Shown: positions 40,129-50,246, counted from the first letter of the stretch. The stretch is 64,000 bases of DNA from Thermoplasmata archaeon (GCA_039794005.1 JBAMMA010000017.1:1-64000), one strand, 5' to 3'. A program made the numbers and translations. Notes: generated by a model from the sequence alone, not told the origin.

Positions 40129-40933
40129 CTTTATCATCCTTTTCCTTTCCATAATAAATATAATCAGCTACGTATCCAATTATGATTGTTAATGAAATTA
40201 CAAAACCAAGATAATAATATGTTTCAACGGGTATCATCTTTATGTAATAGCTTTGCCCAGATAATAATATTCTAAATGCCCCAAACCAAGGTATCCAGCC
40301 GACAGCTTTACCCTCAATATCATTCAATTTTACTGGATGTAATGAGATACCTATGTTTTGATCGGCAGCATAATAAGCTACCTGTGGAAAAATAACATTT
40401 GGATTTGATCTATAAGAATTTATTAAATTATTATCTCCCATTGTAATAAAACCATTCTGACCAATATACATTGATACATTTATTATTAAATTCCTTTGCG
40501 ATGGCCCAACATTTAAAATTATTATATTATATCCTTTAATTATAACCCATCCCTGTTGCTCGGCATTTCTTTCACCTGGAAATGTAAAATTTTTACCACT
40601 CCATTCAAGATATAAGATTGCCCTATGTATTATAGGAGGTTCTTTATAATTAGAATAATATATTATTACATCCCCATAATCGCCGTATGAAACATAATTT
40701 TCTAATCTACCTTGTACATAAGTTACGATGTCTGAATAATTTGAAATCTTTTTTACAATAACGATATCACCAGTGTTTAGTACAAACCATGTGAATTGTG
40801 ACCCATGTTGCATACTATCTGATTCTATAATTGTTAACGGTGGCCAGTTACCGGAATATAAATATAGTGATGATATTATTAAAATTAAAATTATCACTAT
40901 AATTAATAAATAATGATACCATTTTAAATTCAT
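40112..40933 (-). CDS. Signal peptidase I (S26, Sec11-type)
   Basis: N-terminal TM, IESDSMQH (Ser), GDIVIV, IIHRA (His), GDNN, IPWFG. Confidence 0.9.
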   Translation of the reverse strand: MNLKWYHYLLIIVIILILIISSLYLYSGNWPPLTIIESDSMQHGSQFTWFVLNTGDIVIVKKISNYSDIVTYVQGRLENYVSYGDYGDVIIYYSNYKEPPIIHRAILYLEWSGKNFTFPGERNAEQQGWVIIKGYNIIILNVGPSQRNLIINVSMYIGQNGFITMGDNNLINSYRSNPNVIFPQVAYYAADQNIGISLHPVKLNDIEGKAVGWIPWFGAFRILLSGQSYYIKMIPVETYYYLGFVISLTIIIGYVADYIYYGKEKDDKDGGKN

Positions 40934-41085
40934 AATTAAAGGTAATTTAATAGAGGTTTATTTATTTTTCATAAATAAAATTTCTTATTTATTATAAAAA
41001 TTTTTATGAAAAGTTATTTTATATTCTAATTATTAATCTTTTGAAATTAAAAAGATTTTTAATTTAAAATTGGATATTATTTTTA

Positions 41086-43359
41086 ATGAAAAGATTGATC
41101 GCAATTATGGTTATTTTAATATTTTTTGTTTCATTTGTTAATTTAGTAAATTCAAATAAAAGCACTATTTTAATTGAAATTTTAAGTAGTGAAAAAAATT
41201 TAATTGATTATTTAAAGGTAAACGGCATTTACTATAAGCAAGAATCAAATCTTCTATATTTAAAAATTTCACAAAATAAATTGAATTCATTAATGTCTAA
41301 ATTTGGAGATTCAATAAAAATATTAAATGGTGTTGATGTGAGAAATTTTTGGATATATTCTTCGGATCCTTATTCTATAAAGGTTTTAATTGATGCGTAT
41401 GGATTATCTGAAATGCTATCAAAAGGTTATGATGGGCACAATAAAACCATTATTATAATTGATCCTTATGGTGATCCAAATATTATTGAAAATTTGAATA
41501 AATTTGATGATATATATGGTTTTCCAGATGCAAATTTAATGACCATTTACCCTTTGGGGAAACCATTAATACAAAATTTTAGTTGGGCTGTGGAAACGGA
41601 TTTAGATGTTGAGATTGCACATGCTGCCGCTCCACGTGCTAATATATTGCTTGTAATCTCCCCTTCAGACAATTCAACAAATATGGAATTTTTATTAAAA
41701 TATGTAATAGATCATTATAACGATTCAATAGTGTCAATGAGCTGGGGAGCACCAGAACTAATGATATATAATCCGTATTTTCATGAAATTTTTGAAAGAT
41801 CTGTGAATAAAAATATAACCTTTGTAGCCGCTTCAGGGGATGAATATGAGGTACAATATCCCGCATCTGATCCATATGTATTATCAGTGGGTGGGACAAC
41901 TCTATTTTTGAATAATGGTATTTATTATAAAGAATATCCGTGGGCCTTAGCCGGTGGAGGATTTAGTGAAATATTCAAGAGACCTATTTGGCAAATTTCA
42001 CCGGGAATTAATAATTCAAAATATAGAGGTGTTCCAGATATTTCAATGGATGCCAATCCTCAAACTGGTACATACATCTATTCAGGAACACTTATACCAA
42101 TAGGTGGAACTAGCATGGCAAGTCCATTTATTGCAGGTTTTATAGCCGATTTAGAATCTAAATACAACATTAATCTGGGATTTTTCACACCAGAACTCTA
42201 TTACTATTATTTTAAAAATAAAAATGAATATTTCAATAAGATATATTTAGGGTACAATCCTATAGATGGATGGTATCCACAGGTAGGCTTGGGATCGTTA
42301 AAAATGAACAACTGGACTCTAAACAAAAATTCTTTCGGCATAAATGTATATGCTGGAAATTATTCCAATGTAAAATATGTTGAAATGGAATTTAGACCCC
42401 AGAAGAATTATATAGATTACAATATAAATGAATTGAAAATTGAATTAGTTTCCAACAATGGTTCAATTGGAAACATATTTTTCGGGAATAATTGCTCAGA
42501 TTATATATTTTACAATAATAAAATCATTTGGAATAAAAGTATAGATTTAAATATTGGGACATTGAATTATTTGTCTTTTAATTTTGAAAACAATCAAACT
42601 TTAATAAAAATAAATCATTACAGTTTTATTTTAAATTTAAAATTAAGAAATTTTAGTATTCTATTCAATGCTTCTTCGATAGGGCCAACCTCATTCTACA
42701 CAACTTTGGGCCCTTACGAAATAAGAAATATTAAAATATACTCTAACACAACAGAAAAACCGTATAAAATATATTCAATGAAATGGCCAAGTGTATCAAC
42801 ATATTCAGCAAATGAAATACCATTCATGGAAGATGATTTTATCTTTGGGTCATTGAATACAGAAAATGAAAATGTATTGTGGCCGAGGGAATTCAATTAT
42901 ACCGACATTGGAACTTTGAATTTAAATATAAATTCGCAAATATACATCGTTGGCATAGGAACAAAAGATGATCCATACATTTTATCTGGCCTGTACATCA
43001 ATTCAACAAAGATCGGTATTATTTATAAGGGCTCATCTTACATTTTGTTATATCACTCGATAATAAAATCATTAATAGGCATATTCACAATTTTTGGAAA
43101 TTTTTATATCATAGATGATAAGATTATATCTCAAATACCATACATTTCAATATTCTCATTTATTTACCTTAAGAATACAACAATAATTTCCAACATATCT
43201 GGATTTCAAAGCTTTTCATATATTTTTCTTGATAATTCATACCCGATTATTTATGAAATACAATTTTCATCATTTATAGACATGTGGTATATAGAATATA
43301 TGTTCATTTTTATATTTGCTATTTTACTTATTCTGGGAAAAAGAAAAAAGTTTATATAG
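41086..43359 (+). CDS. Membrane-anchored S53 (sedolisin) serine protease
   Basis: Signal peptide, ETDLDVE (Glu/Asp), SMSWG, ASGD, GVPDIS, GGTSMASP (Ser), C-terminal TM plus KRKK. Confidence 0.9.
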   Translation: MKRLIAIMVILIFFVSFVNLVNSNKSTILIEILSSEKNLIDYLKVNGIYYKQESNLLYLKISQNKLNSLMSKFGDSIKILNGVDVRNFWIYSSDPYSIKVLIDAYGLSEMLSKGYDGHNKTIIIIDPYGDPNIIENLNKFDDIYGFPDANLMTIYPLGKPLIQNFSWAVETDLDVEIAHAAAPRANILLVISPSDNSTNMEFLLKYVIDHYNDSIVSMSWGAPELMIYNPYFHEIFERSVNKNITFVAASGDEYEVQYPASDPYVLSVGGTTLFLNNGIYYKEYPWALAGGGFSEIFKRPIWQISPGINNSKYRGVPDISMDANPQTGTYIYSGTLIPIGGTSMASPFIAGFIADLESKYNINLGFFTPELYYYYFKNKNEYFNKIYLGYNPIDGWYPQVGLGSLKMNNWTLNKNSFGINVYAGNYSNVKYVEMEFRPQKNYIDYNINELKIELVSNNGSIGNIFFGNNCSDYIFYNNKIIWNKSIDLNIGTLNYLSFNFENNQTLIKINHYSFILNLKLRNFSILFNASSIGPTSFYTTLGPYEIRNIKIYSNTTEKPYKIYSMKWPSVSTYSANEIPFMEDDFIFGSLNTENENVLWPREFNYTDIGTLNLNINSQIYIVGIGTKDDPYILSGLYINSTKIGIIYKGSSYILLYHSIIKSLIGIFTIFGNFYIIDDKIISQIPYISIFSFIYLKNTTIISNISGFQSFSYIFLDNSYPIIYEIQFSSFIDMWYIEYMFIFIFAILLILGKRKKFI

Positions 43360-43432
43360 ATAATTTATAATATAATGGATGATTACGCTGATGCCCCTCC
43401 TCCCCTTTTTATAAATAATTTTTAAAATGTTT

Positions 43433-44977
43433 TTATTCTACATCGAATTTTACCCCTTGTGCCAATGGTATATCGTTCCCCCAATTTATTGTAACTGTCT
43501 GTCTCCTCGCATAGAATTTCCATACATCAGATCCGCTTTCTCTTCCTCCTCCTGTATCTTTTTCTCCTCCAAATGCTCCTCCTATTTCAGCACCTGCCGT
43601 AGCAGTATTAACGTTTGCTAGGCCACAATCACTTCCCCAGGGGGATAGGAAGAATTCCATTTCTCTTAGATCTGTTGTGAAAATGCTTGAAGATAGTCCC
43701 TGTGGAACTCCATTATGAATGGATATTGCTTCTTCTAAAGTTTTATATTTAAAAACGTACAATATGGGCGCAAATGTTTCCTTCTTAGTAATTTCAGTTA
43801 ATCCTGGCATTTCTATTATTGCAGGTTTTACATAGAAACCTTTTTCATAACCCTTTGGATATACTCTTTCACCACCATAAATTAATTTTCCACCTTCTTT
43901 CTTTGCCTGTTCAATTGCATTAAAGAACTTATCAACGGCTTCCTGATCAATAAGAGGCCCAACCAAGACTCCATCTTCAAGTGGATTTCCTATCTTAATA
44001 GAATCATATGCCTTTATTAGTTTTTTAATAAATTCATCATATATTTTTTCATGCACGATAATTCTTCTTGTCGTAGTACATCTTTGTCCCGCAGTAGCAA
44101 GGGCACCAAATGCAACACCTTTCACCGCTATATTCAAATCGGCCTTATCGCTGATTATTGATGCATTGTTTCCCCCCAATTCCAGAATGCTTCTTCCCAA
44201 TCTTTTTGCAACCAATTCTGATACAATCTTTCCAGTTTCTACGGAGCCTGTAAATGATACCAGTTTTATTCTGGGGTCTGATGCCATTCTATTTCCAATT
44301 TCGCTTCCTCCTCCTGTAATTAGTGTAAATATTTGTGGATATCCTAACTTTTCAATTGTTTCTGTTAATACTTTCATGACGGCTATTGCAGTTAATGATG
44401 CCTTTGATGATGGCTTCCATACGTTTACATCTCCAACAACAGAAGCTATAAATGAATTCCAAGAAAATACCGAGGCCGGGAAATTGAATGATGTAATTAT
44501 TCCAATAACACCTAATGGCAGGTATTGTTCATACATCCTATGTTTGTATCTTTCACTTGCTATTGTAAATCCATACAATTGTCTTGACAATCCCAATGCA
44601 AAATCTGATATGTCTATCATTTCCTGTATTTCTCCCTGGCCTTCTGTGTTTGTTTTACCTGTTTCTAATGATACTACCCATCCAAGCTTTACTTTATTCT
44701 CTCTCAATACATCTCCAATTTTTCTTATCAATTCTCCCCTTTGGGGAGGTGTGTATTCCAACCAGGCCTTGAATATTTCCTCGCTCTTTTTAACTGCCTC
44801 CTCATAATCATTTGAATTGGCCAGTCTAACTGTTGCTATGTATTCACCATCTATTGGGCTATACACTTTAATTTCCTTTCCATGGGCTTTTTGCCAATTT
44901 CCATAGAAAAGTCCATCATTTACATCATCCAGATTTAATATATCCTTAATTTTCCTTCTAATCTCATTTGGATTCAT
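43433..44977 (-). CDS. Aldehyde dehydrogenase, ALDH7 (aminoadipate-semialdehyde/antiquitin) family
   Basis: GEIQEMIDISDFALGLSRQLYG, FTGS, LELGGNN, GQRCTT, SDCGLANVN, GAEIGGAFGGEK.TGGGRESGSD. Confidence 0.92.
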   Translation of the reverse strand: MNPNEIRRKIKDILNLDDVNDGLFYGNWQKAHGKEIKVYSPIDGEYIATVRLANSNDYEEAVKKSEEIFKAWLEYTPPQRGELIRKIGDVLRENKVKLGWVVSLETGKTNTEGQGEIQEMIDISDFALGLSRQLYGFTIASERYKHRMYEQYLPLGVIGIITSFNFPASVFSWNSFIASVVGDVNVWKPSSKASLTAIAVMKVLTETIEKLGYPQIFTLITGGGSEIGNRMASDPRIKLVSFTGSVETGKIVSELVAKRLGRSILELGGNNASIISDKADLNIAVKGVAFGALATAGQRCTTTRRIIVHEKIYDEFIKKLIKAYDSIKIGNPLEDGVLVGPLIDQEAVDKFFNAIEQAKKEGGKLIYGGERVYPKGYEKGFYVKPAIIEMPGLTEITKKETFAPILYVFKYKTLEEAISIHNGVPQGLSSSIFTTDLREMEFFLSPWGSDCGLANVNTATAGAEIGGAFGGEKDTGGGRESGSDVWKFYARRQTVTINWGNDIPLAQGVKFDVE

Positions 44978-45447
44978 ATAATCTTTAATGTATTTTAGAT
45001 TAATAATTTTTAAGCTTAATTTCGATATGTTTAGAAAATAGATATTATAAAATAGATTTTTTATGGATAAAAATCAATTTAAAATATCTATTAATAAAAA
45101 TCTTTTTTATTATAGAGATTTTTCCTAGAAAACTTATCAAAGTTTCTTTCGCTTTCCAATATAATTTTTTGGATAGTTGTTAAAAAAATTTGTTTTCTAT
45201 GTTTAATTCTTCGATTATTCAAATATCTTTTTATTTACATAATGAATTTTTTTACATATATTGTAAATCCGATCGATATAAAATTATTATTTTTCATAAT
45301 TATTCTATTTCCCACACTTTTAATTTCTTTTAGAACATATTAAAATTTCATCGTCCATTTTTAAATGTGTCTCTATAATTCATAGAGAAATGACTCATTT
45401 TTGATTTTCCAAATAAAATTTTTTATAATAAATAACGATCACAAAAT

Positions 45448-45732
45448 ATGCAAAATATATACGAAAAAAAGACCAAAAAGGGTCTTATAAGGGTAAAAGT
45501 TTTTGTAGAAAATAATACAATAAAGGATATAACAATGGAAGGGGATTTTTTCATATATCCTGAGGATAAGATTTGGGAATTGGAAGAATATTTAAAAAGT
45601 ACACCTATTGATGAGAATATTATAAAGGAGAAGGTAAATGAAATCATGAAAGATGCTGAGTTTGTTGGTTCTAATCTATCTGATTTTTATGATGTGATTA
45701 TAAATGCTGTGAGAGGTGCGAAGAATGAATAA
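45448..45732 (+). CDS. lplB: Lipoate-protein ligase accessory subunit (stand-alone C-terminal domain, LplB)
   Basis: KGLIRV...I.DI...GDFFIYPED.I..LEE.L. Directly upstream of lplA. Confidence 0.85.
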   Translation: MQNIYEKKTKKGLIRVKVFVENNTIKDITMEGDFFIYPEDKIWELEEYLKSTPIDENIIKEKVNEIMKDAEFVGSNLSDFYDVIINAVRGAKNE

Positions 45733-46534
45733 ACTTAGAGTAGTTTTGTTTGAAACACCACATGATCCATTTTATAGTATGGCCTATGAAGAGGCTTTTA
45801 CAAGGGTTAGGTCCAAAAATTTGACCGATGATACCTTAAGAATATTTAGACATAGAGATTCTGTAATTATAGGATATTTTCAATATGCTGAAAACGAAGT
45901 GAATTTAGAAATTGCAAAAAGTATGAACATTATGGTTGCTAGGAGATTTACTGGTGGTGGAGCTGTTTTTCACGACCTTGGAAACATGAATTATGCATTT
46001 GCATTTAAAGGAAAGATAGGAAATGTAGACAATATTTATAGAACATATGTAAAAGGTGCTCTAAATGCTCTGAAATATTTGGGAGTTGATGCCACTGTCC
46101 AAAATGTAAATGATATTGTAATTAATAATTATAAGGTATCCGGAACGGCTGCTAGTATTAGGTGGAATACAGGTTTTATTCATGGTGCAATGCTGGTTAA
46201 AACCGATTTAAACAAATTAGCCGGAGTACTTAAAGTATCAAAGAAAAAACTTGAAGATAAAAATATATCAGATGTAAAATATAGGGTAATAAATCTATCA
46301 GATTTTCTAAAAAGAGATATTGATTACAGTGAAATTATATACGCTTTGGTGAAAGGATTTTCGGATTTCCTAGAAATGGAATATTATTATGATGGTCCAA
46401 CAAAAGAGGAGTTAGATGTTACAGACATATTGTATAAATGGAAGTATTCAAAGGAAGAATGGAATCTAAAAAGAACTCCATTTTCATATTATAATGACTT
46501 AGAAGAAAAGATAGAGGATGTTCTCAAAAAATAA
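45725..46534 (+). CDS. lplA: Lipoate-protein ligase catalytic subunit (LplA-N)
   Basis: IGYFQ, RRFTGGGAVFHD.GN, NDI...KVSGTA, HG, YSKEEWN. ATG 45725 follows a GAGGTG SD. Confidence 0.9.
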   Translation: MNKLRVVLFETPHDPFYSMAYEEAFTRVRSKNLTDDTLRIFRHRDSVIIGYFQYAENEVNLEIAKSMNIMVARRFTGGGAVFHDLGNMNYAFAFKGKIGNVDNIYRTYVKGALNALKYLGVDATVQNVNDIVINNYKVSGTAASIRWNTGFIHGAMLVKTDLNKLAGVLKVSKKKLEDKNISDVKYRVINLSDFLKRDIDYSEIIYALVKGFSDFLEMEYYYDGPTKEELDVTDILYKWKYSKEEWNLKRTPFSYYNDLEEKIEDVLKK

Positions 46535-46567
46535 AAAATATATATCATAAGTTATTTATCTATAAAA

Positions 46568-48010
46568 ATGAGATTTACAAGGGAGCAGTTAGCATCTGTT
46601 ATCGTAATGGCATTCGCAGGCCTTTTAGTCATGTATGTTGAAACAATGATAGTACCTTCTCTCCCTACTCTTATAAATTATTTTCACACAGACTATGATA
46701 CTCTTTCCTGGGTTGTTACCTCATACCTTATTGCTGGTACTGTAAGTTCTATAATATTTGGGAAATTAGCAGATATATATGGAAAGAAAAAGGTATTTTT
46801 AATTTTGGCTGGTATATATTCCTTTGCAATAATATTCGGCGGTTTTTCAAAAACCATATCAGAATTCATCATAATTAGGACAATTCAGGGTTCAGGAATG
46901 GCAATGTTTCCAGTAGCTTTTTCATTGATAAGGGATGAATTCCCACCTGAAGAAATACCGCTTGCACAAGGGATTGTAAGTTCAATGTTTGCTGGTGGAG
47001 CAAGTATTGGTTTGGTTTTTGGTGCATATATTTCACAAAATTATGGATGGGAATGGGATTATCATACCTCAATACCTTTAGCATTATTGTTGTTTTTCCT
47101 TGCATGGAAATATTTAAGGGAATCCCCTTACAAAACAAAAACCAATATAGATTGGCCAGGCACTCTTCTTTTATCATCAGGGATTATCATGGCCCTTATA
47201 GCAACATCTGAGGGAGAATATTGGGGTTGGACAAGTGAAAGCATAATTTCACTTTATGCATTTTCTGTGGTTTTAATATCATTATTTTTATATGTCGAGA
47301 CTATTGTAAAAGAACCATTAATTAATTTAGATATGTTGATCGAAAGAGATATTTTCCTGACAAATTTTGTTTCTCTTTTTGTTGCATCTGGGATGTTCTT
47401 TCTCTACTTTACAATACCTCCAATTCTCGAGGATCCTCCACCATCAGGATTTGGAGAAACAGTTCTGACGGCAGGACTAACAAACCTTCCGGCCGCTATA
47501 ATGGCCATAGTATTCGCACCTATTGCTGCGTTCGTAACAAAAAAATATGGCCCCAAATATTCGATATTGATTGGAATTACTGTTCAATTGATTTCTTTCT
47601 TTGCACTCTATTTCAATAGATCTTCTGTAATTTCAATTACTGAAGATTCGCTTTTACTTGGTGCTGGAGCATCATTTTCTATGGTAGGAATAACAAATAT
47701 ACTCATAGCAATAACACCAGAGGATAAGATCGGCATATCTATGGGGATGAATCAATTGTTTAGAAATGTAGGAAGCGTAATAGCACCTGCAATTGCAGGT
47801 GTCTTGGAAACTGGCTACCAGATTGGAATAATTGTAGGTGAATACCCGGGAAGATTTGGGGATCTAAATTTTATCCCTTATATAGCATACTTTCCGTCGA
47901 ATGAAGCATTTGATTTGATTTATATAACTGGTATAATTGTAGCATTGATTAATCTTTCATTGACATTATTATTAAAAGATATTAAAATTGGAGGTGAAAA
48001 AGATGAATAG
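46568..48010 (+). CDS. MFS drug:H+ antiporter-like exporter (14 TM, DHA2)
   Basis: WVVTSYL, GKLADIYGKKK, RTIQG.G, IDWPG, PLINL. Confidence 0.9.
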   Translation: MRFTREQLASVIVMAFAGLLVMYVETMIVPSLPTLINYFHTDYDTLSWVVTSYLIAGTVSSIIFGKLADIYGKKKVFLILAGIYSFAIIFGGFSKTISEFIIIRTIQGSGMAMFPVAFSLIRDEFPPEEIPLAQGIVSSMFAGGASIGLVFGAYISQNYGWEWDYHTSIPLALLLFFLAWKYLRESPYKTKTNIDWPGTLLLSSGIIMALIATSEGEYWGWTSESIISLYAFSVVLISLFLYVETIVKEPLINLDMLIERDIFLTNFVSLFVASGMFFLYFTIPPILEDPPPSGFGETVLTAGLTNLPAAIMAIVFAPIAAFVTKKYGPKYSILIGITVQLISFFALYFNRSSVISITEDSLLLGAGASFSMVGITNILIAITPEDKIGISMGMNQLFRNVGSVIAPAIAGVLETGYQIGIIVGEYPGRFGDLNFIPYIAYFPSNEAFDLIYITGIIVALINLSLTLLLKDIKIGGEKDE

Positions 48011-50243
48011 GAAATTTTTATCCATTTTAGGAATATTTTTGTTGATTAGCACATATTTTATTGGATTTCCATCAAATGCATCTGCACCAGTTTTCTCAAT
48101 AAAACCGGTCTGGTTTAATGGAAATGGTTCATTAATGCCAGTTCCTGGCATGTACAATGTACCTTTGACCCTGTATGTTAAAAATCTTGGACCAACACTT
48201 TACAATGTTACGATAGGAGTAAATTTAACATTTCCATTTTCCATGGGATATCTGATTAAAAACAATAGTTATTTGAAATATAATTCATTCATAAACATAC
48301 CTGAATTCCCGCAGAACGAAAACATTTCGCTTTTCTTTTTAATAAACATTTCGCAAAGTGCTAAAGATGGCATATATATTGAAAACCTGTATGTGAATGG
48401 GACGTATTCACCAAATTATCCAAGAATAAATTTAACTCAGCAATTTTATCTTCCATTGGAAGGATATATTAATTTAATACCTGTTGCAATGTATCCTGAA
48501 ACATTTAATGGATACATTATACCAGATTCCAACCCATATCCAATAGATTTAATTTTGGAAAATGACGGAAATCAACCAGTGATAAATTTAACATTAACAT
48601 TGATTCCATCATATCCTCTATACGGAAAAAGTGTATATGAAAAAATTTCAGCCATACCAGCGTTTGGATATGTCAAAATTCAGTTCCTTTCAGATATCTA
48701 TTATGATATAAAAAATGGTACTTATCCCGAAAAAATTATCTATTCTTATTATGACGTAAAATCTTATTTCATTGCAAACCTCACGATAAGCGGTTCATAT
48801 TCATTCAGTTCAAATGCATATTTTGGAATTCCAAACAATCCAATAAATCCAGCTCCCGGGCAGAAAAATGTTCCATTTACAATAAATATAATAAATACTG
48901 GAACGATGGTGGGATATTCATTAAACATTTCTATTTATCCTGTTTACCCATTGATTGGAAATATCCAAAATTTTTCAATAAACGTAATTTATCCGGGTCA
49001 AGAAATACCTTTGACAATTATTGTATCCGTCGAAAATAATATAAAACCTGGAATTTATTCACTTCCAATATCAATTACAATGAAAAATATATCGATTAAT
49101 ATAAATGCAAAGTACATTTACGATGGATATTATTCTTTAAAACCATTATTTTCAAATTTATTTACAAATAATTCAATTATTCCAGGGCCTGGTATGAATA
49201 ATGTACCTATAAATTTTGTTTTATCCAATATTGGAGATGTTCCCATTGATAATGTAACATTTTATTATACGCCAACATATCCATTCCTTGGAAAAGCACA
49301 AAAATTGGAAATTCCAATTATCATCCCTTATCAGCCTATAAGGTTGACATTTTTTGTTAACATTTCTAGAAATGCAACCAGTGGATATTATCAACAATTT
49401 ATTAATTATTCTTACATGGGCATGAATGGTATCTTAAATTACACAGTATTAATTCCGGGATATAATAAATTGGTTTTGTCAACATATTTCTTCAGCCCAA
49501 TTTACATCTATCAAAATGAGACATATAATATTCTACATGCAATAATAATAAATGAGGGTAATTCACCAGCCTTTAATGTAACAATATATTCTACGTCTTC
49601 CTTGGAAATATTAAATGGTGGCTTAAATTTAACAATAATGCCAGGAATGGTTGTTAATTATACTGTTATATTCAATTCACCAGATGAGCCAGGAATATAT
49701 CCAATATTCATACATATAAACAAGGAGATATATGAGATTAACGTAACCGTTTATGAAAGACCATCAATAAATGTTATTTATAACATACCAAACGTTTCAC
49801 CGGGTCAAAATAAGGCACAGATTACATTTGTAATAGAAAATAACGGTCCAGGTACAATTTACATGGCAAATATACATTTAATTTTACCCAATATAATGAG
49901 CCTTCATGTAAGTTCAAGCAATCCTCTCGGAGCTCTATTTTTAAATAATATAACGATATTTAATATTCAGCCCGGAGAAACATTTAAGATTCCATATTTA
50001 ATAGATGTCGAGGATAATGCAAATCCCGGAAAGTACGATGGTCAATTATTATTGATCGTATATAAAAACAACACAATGAAACCCATAATCTACTCATTTA
50101 CATTTAACATAATAGTTTCTACACCATTCTTTAGTGCAAATGGAAACAATGCAACACTGACATTATCCAATTTAACAATAATTATTCTTGTCATAATAAT
50201 CGTAGCCTTAATAGGAATTTTAATTAAACAGAGAAAAAGATAA
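48003..50243 (+). CDS. COG1361-like multi-domain cell-surface/S-layer-associated protein
   Basis: Signal peptide, about 6 repeats of PG..NVP(L/I/F)......N.G, many NxS/T sequons, C-terminal TM plus KQRKR. GGAGGTGA SD before ATG 48003. Confidence 0.75.
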   Translation: MNRKFLSILGIFLLISTYFIGFPSNASAPVFSIKPVWFNGNGSLMPVPGMYNVPLTLYVKNLGPTLYNVTIGVNLTFPFSMGYLIKNNSYLKYNSFINIPEFPQNENISLFFLINISQSAKDGIYIENLYVNGTYSPNYPRINLTQQFYLPLEGYINLIPVAMYPETFNGYIIPDSNPYPIDLILENDGNQPVINLTLTLIPSYPLYGKSVYEKISAIPAFGYVKIQFLSDIYYDIKNGTYPEKIIYSYYDVKSYFIANLTISGSYSFSSNAYFGIPNNPINPAPGQKNVPFTINIINTGTMVGYSLNISIYPVYPLIGNIQNFSINVIYPGQEIPLTIIVSVENNIKPGIYSLPISITMKNISININAKYIYDGYYSLKPLFSNLFTNNSIIPGPGMNNVPINFVLSNIGDVPIDNVTFYYTPTYPFLGKAQKLEIPIIIPYQPIRLTFFVNISRNATSGYYQQFINYSYMGMNGILNYTVLIPGYNKLVLSTYFFSPIYIYQNETYNILHAIIINEGNSPAFNVTIYSTSSLEILNGGLNLTIMPGMVVNYTVIFNSPDEPGIYPIFIHINKEIYEINVTVYERPSINVIYNIPNVSPGQNKAQITFVIENNGPGTIYMANIHLILPNIMSLHVSSSNPLGALFLNNITIFNIQPGETFKIPYLIDVEDNANPGKYDGQLLLIVYKNNTMKPIIYSFTFNIIVSTPFFSANGNNATLTLSNLTIIILVIIIVALIGILIKQRKR

Positions 50244-50246
50244 TTT

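Noticed and set aside
44166-44807. 213-aa antisense ORF, and similar ones such as 56370-56822, 37727-38113, 30153-30506 and 14157-14498
   Set aside because: Shadow frames of conserved genes, with Ser/Ile/Pro-rich composition typical of reverse-complement codon bias.
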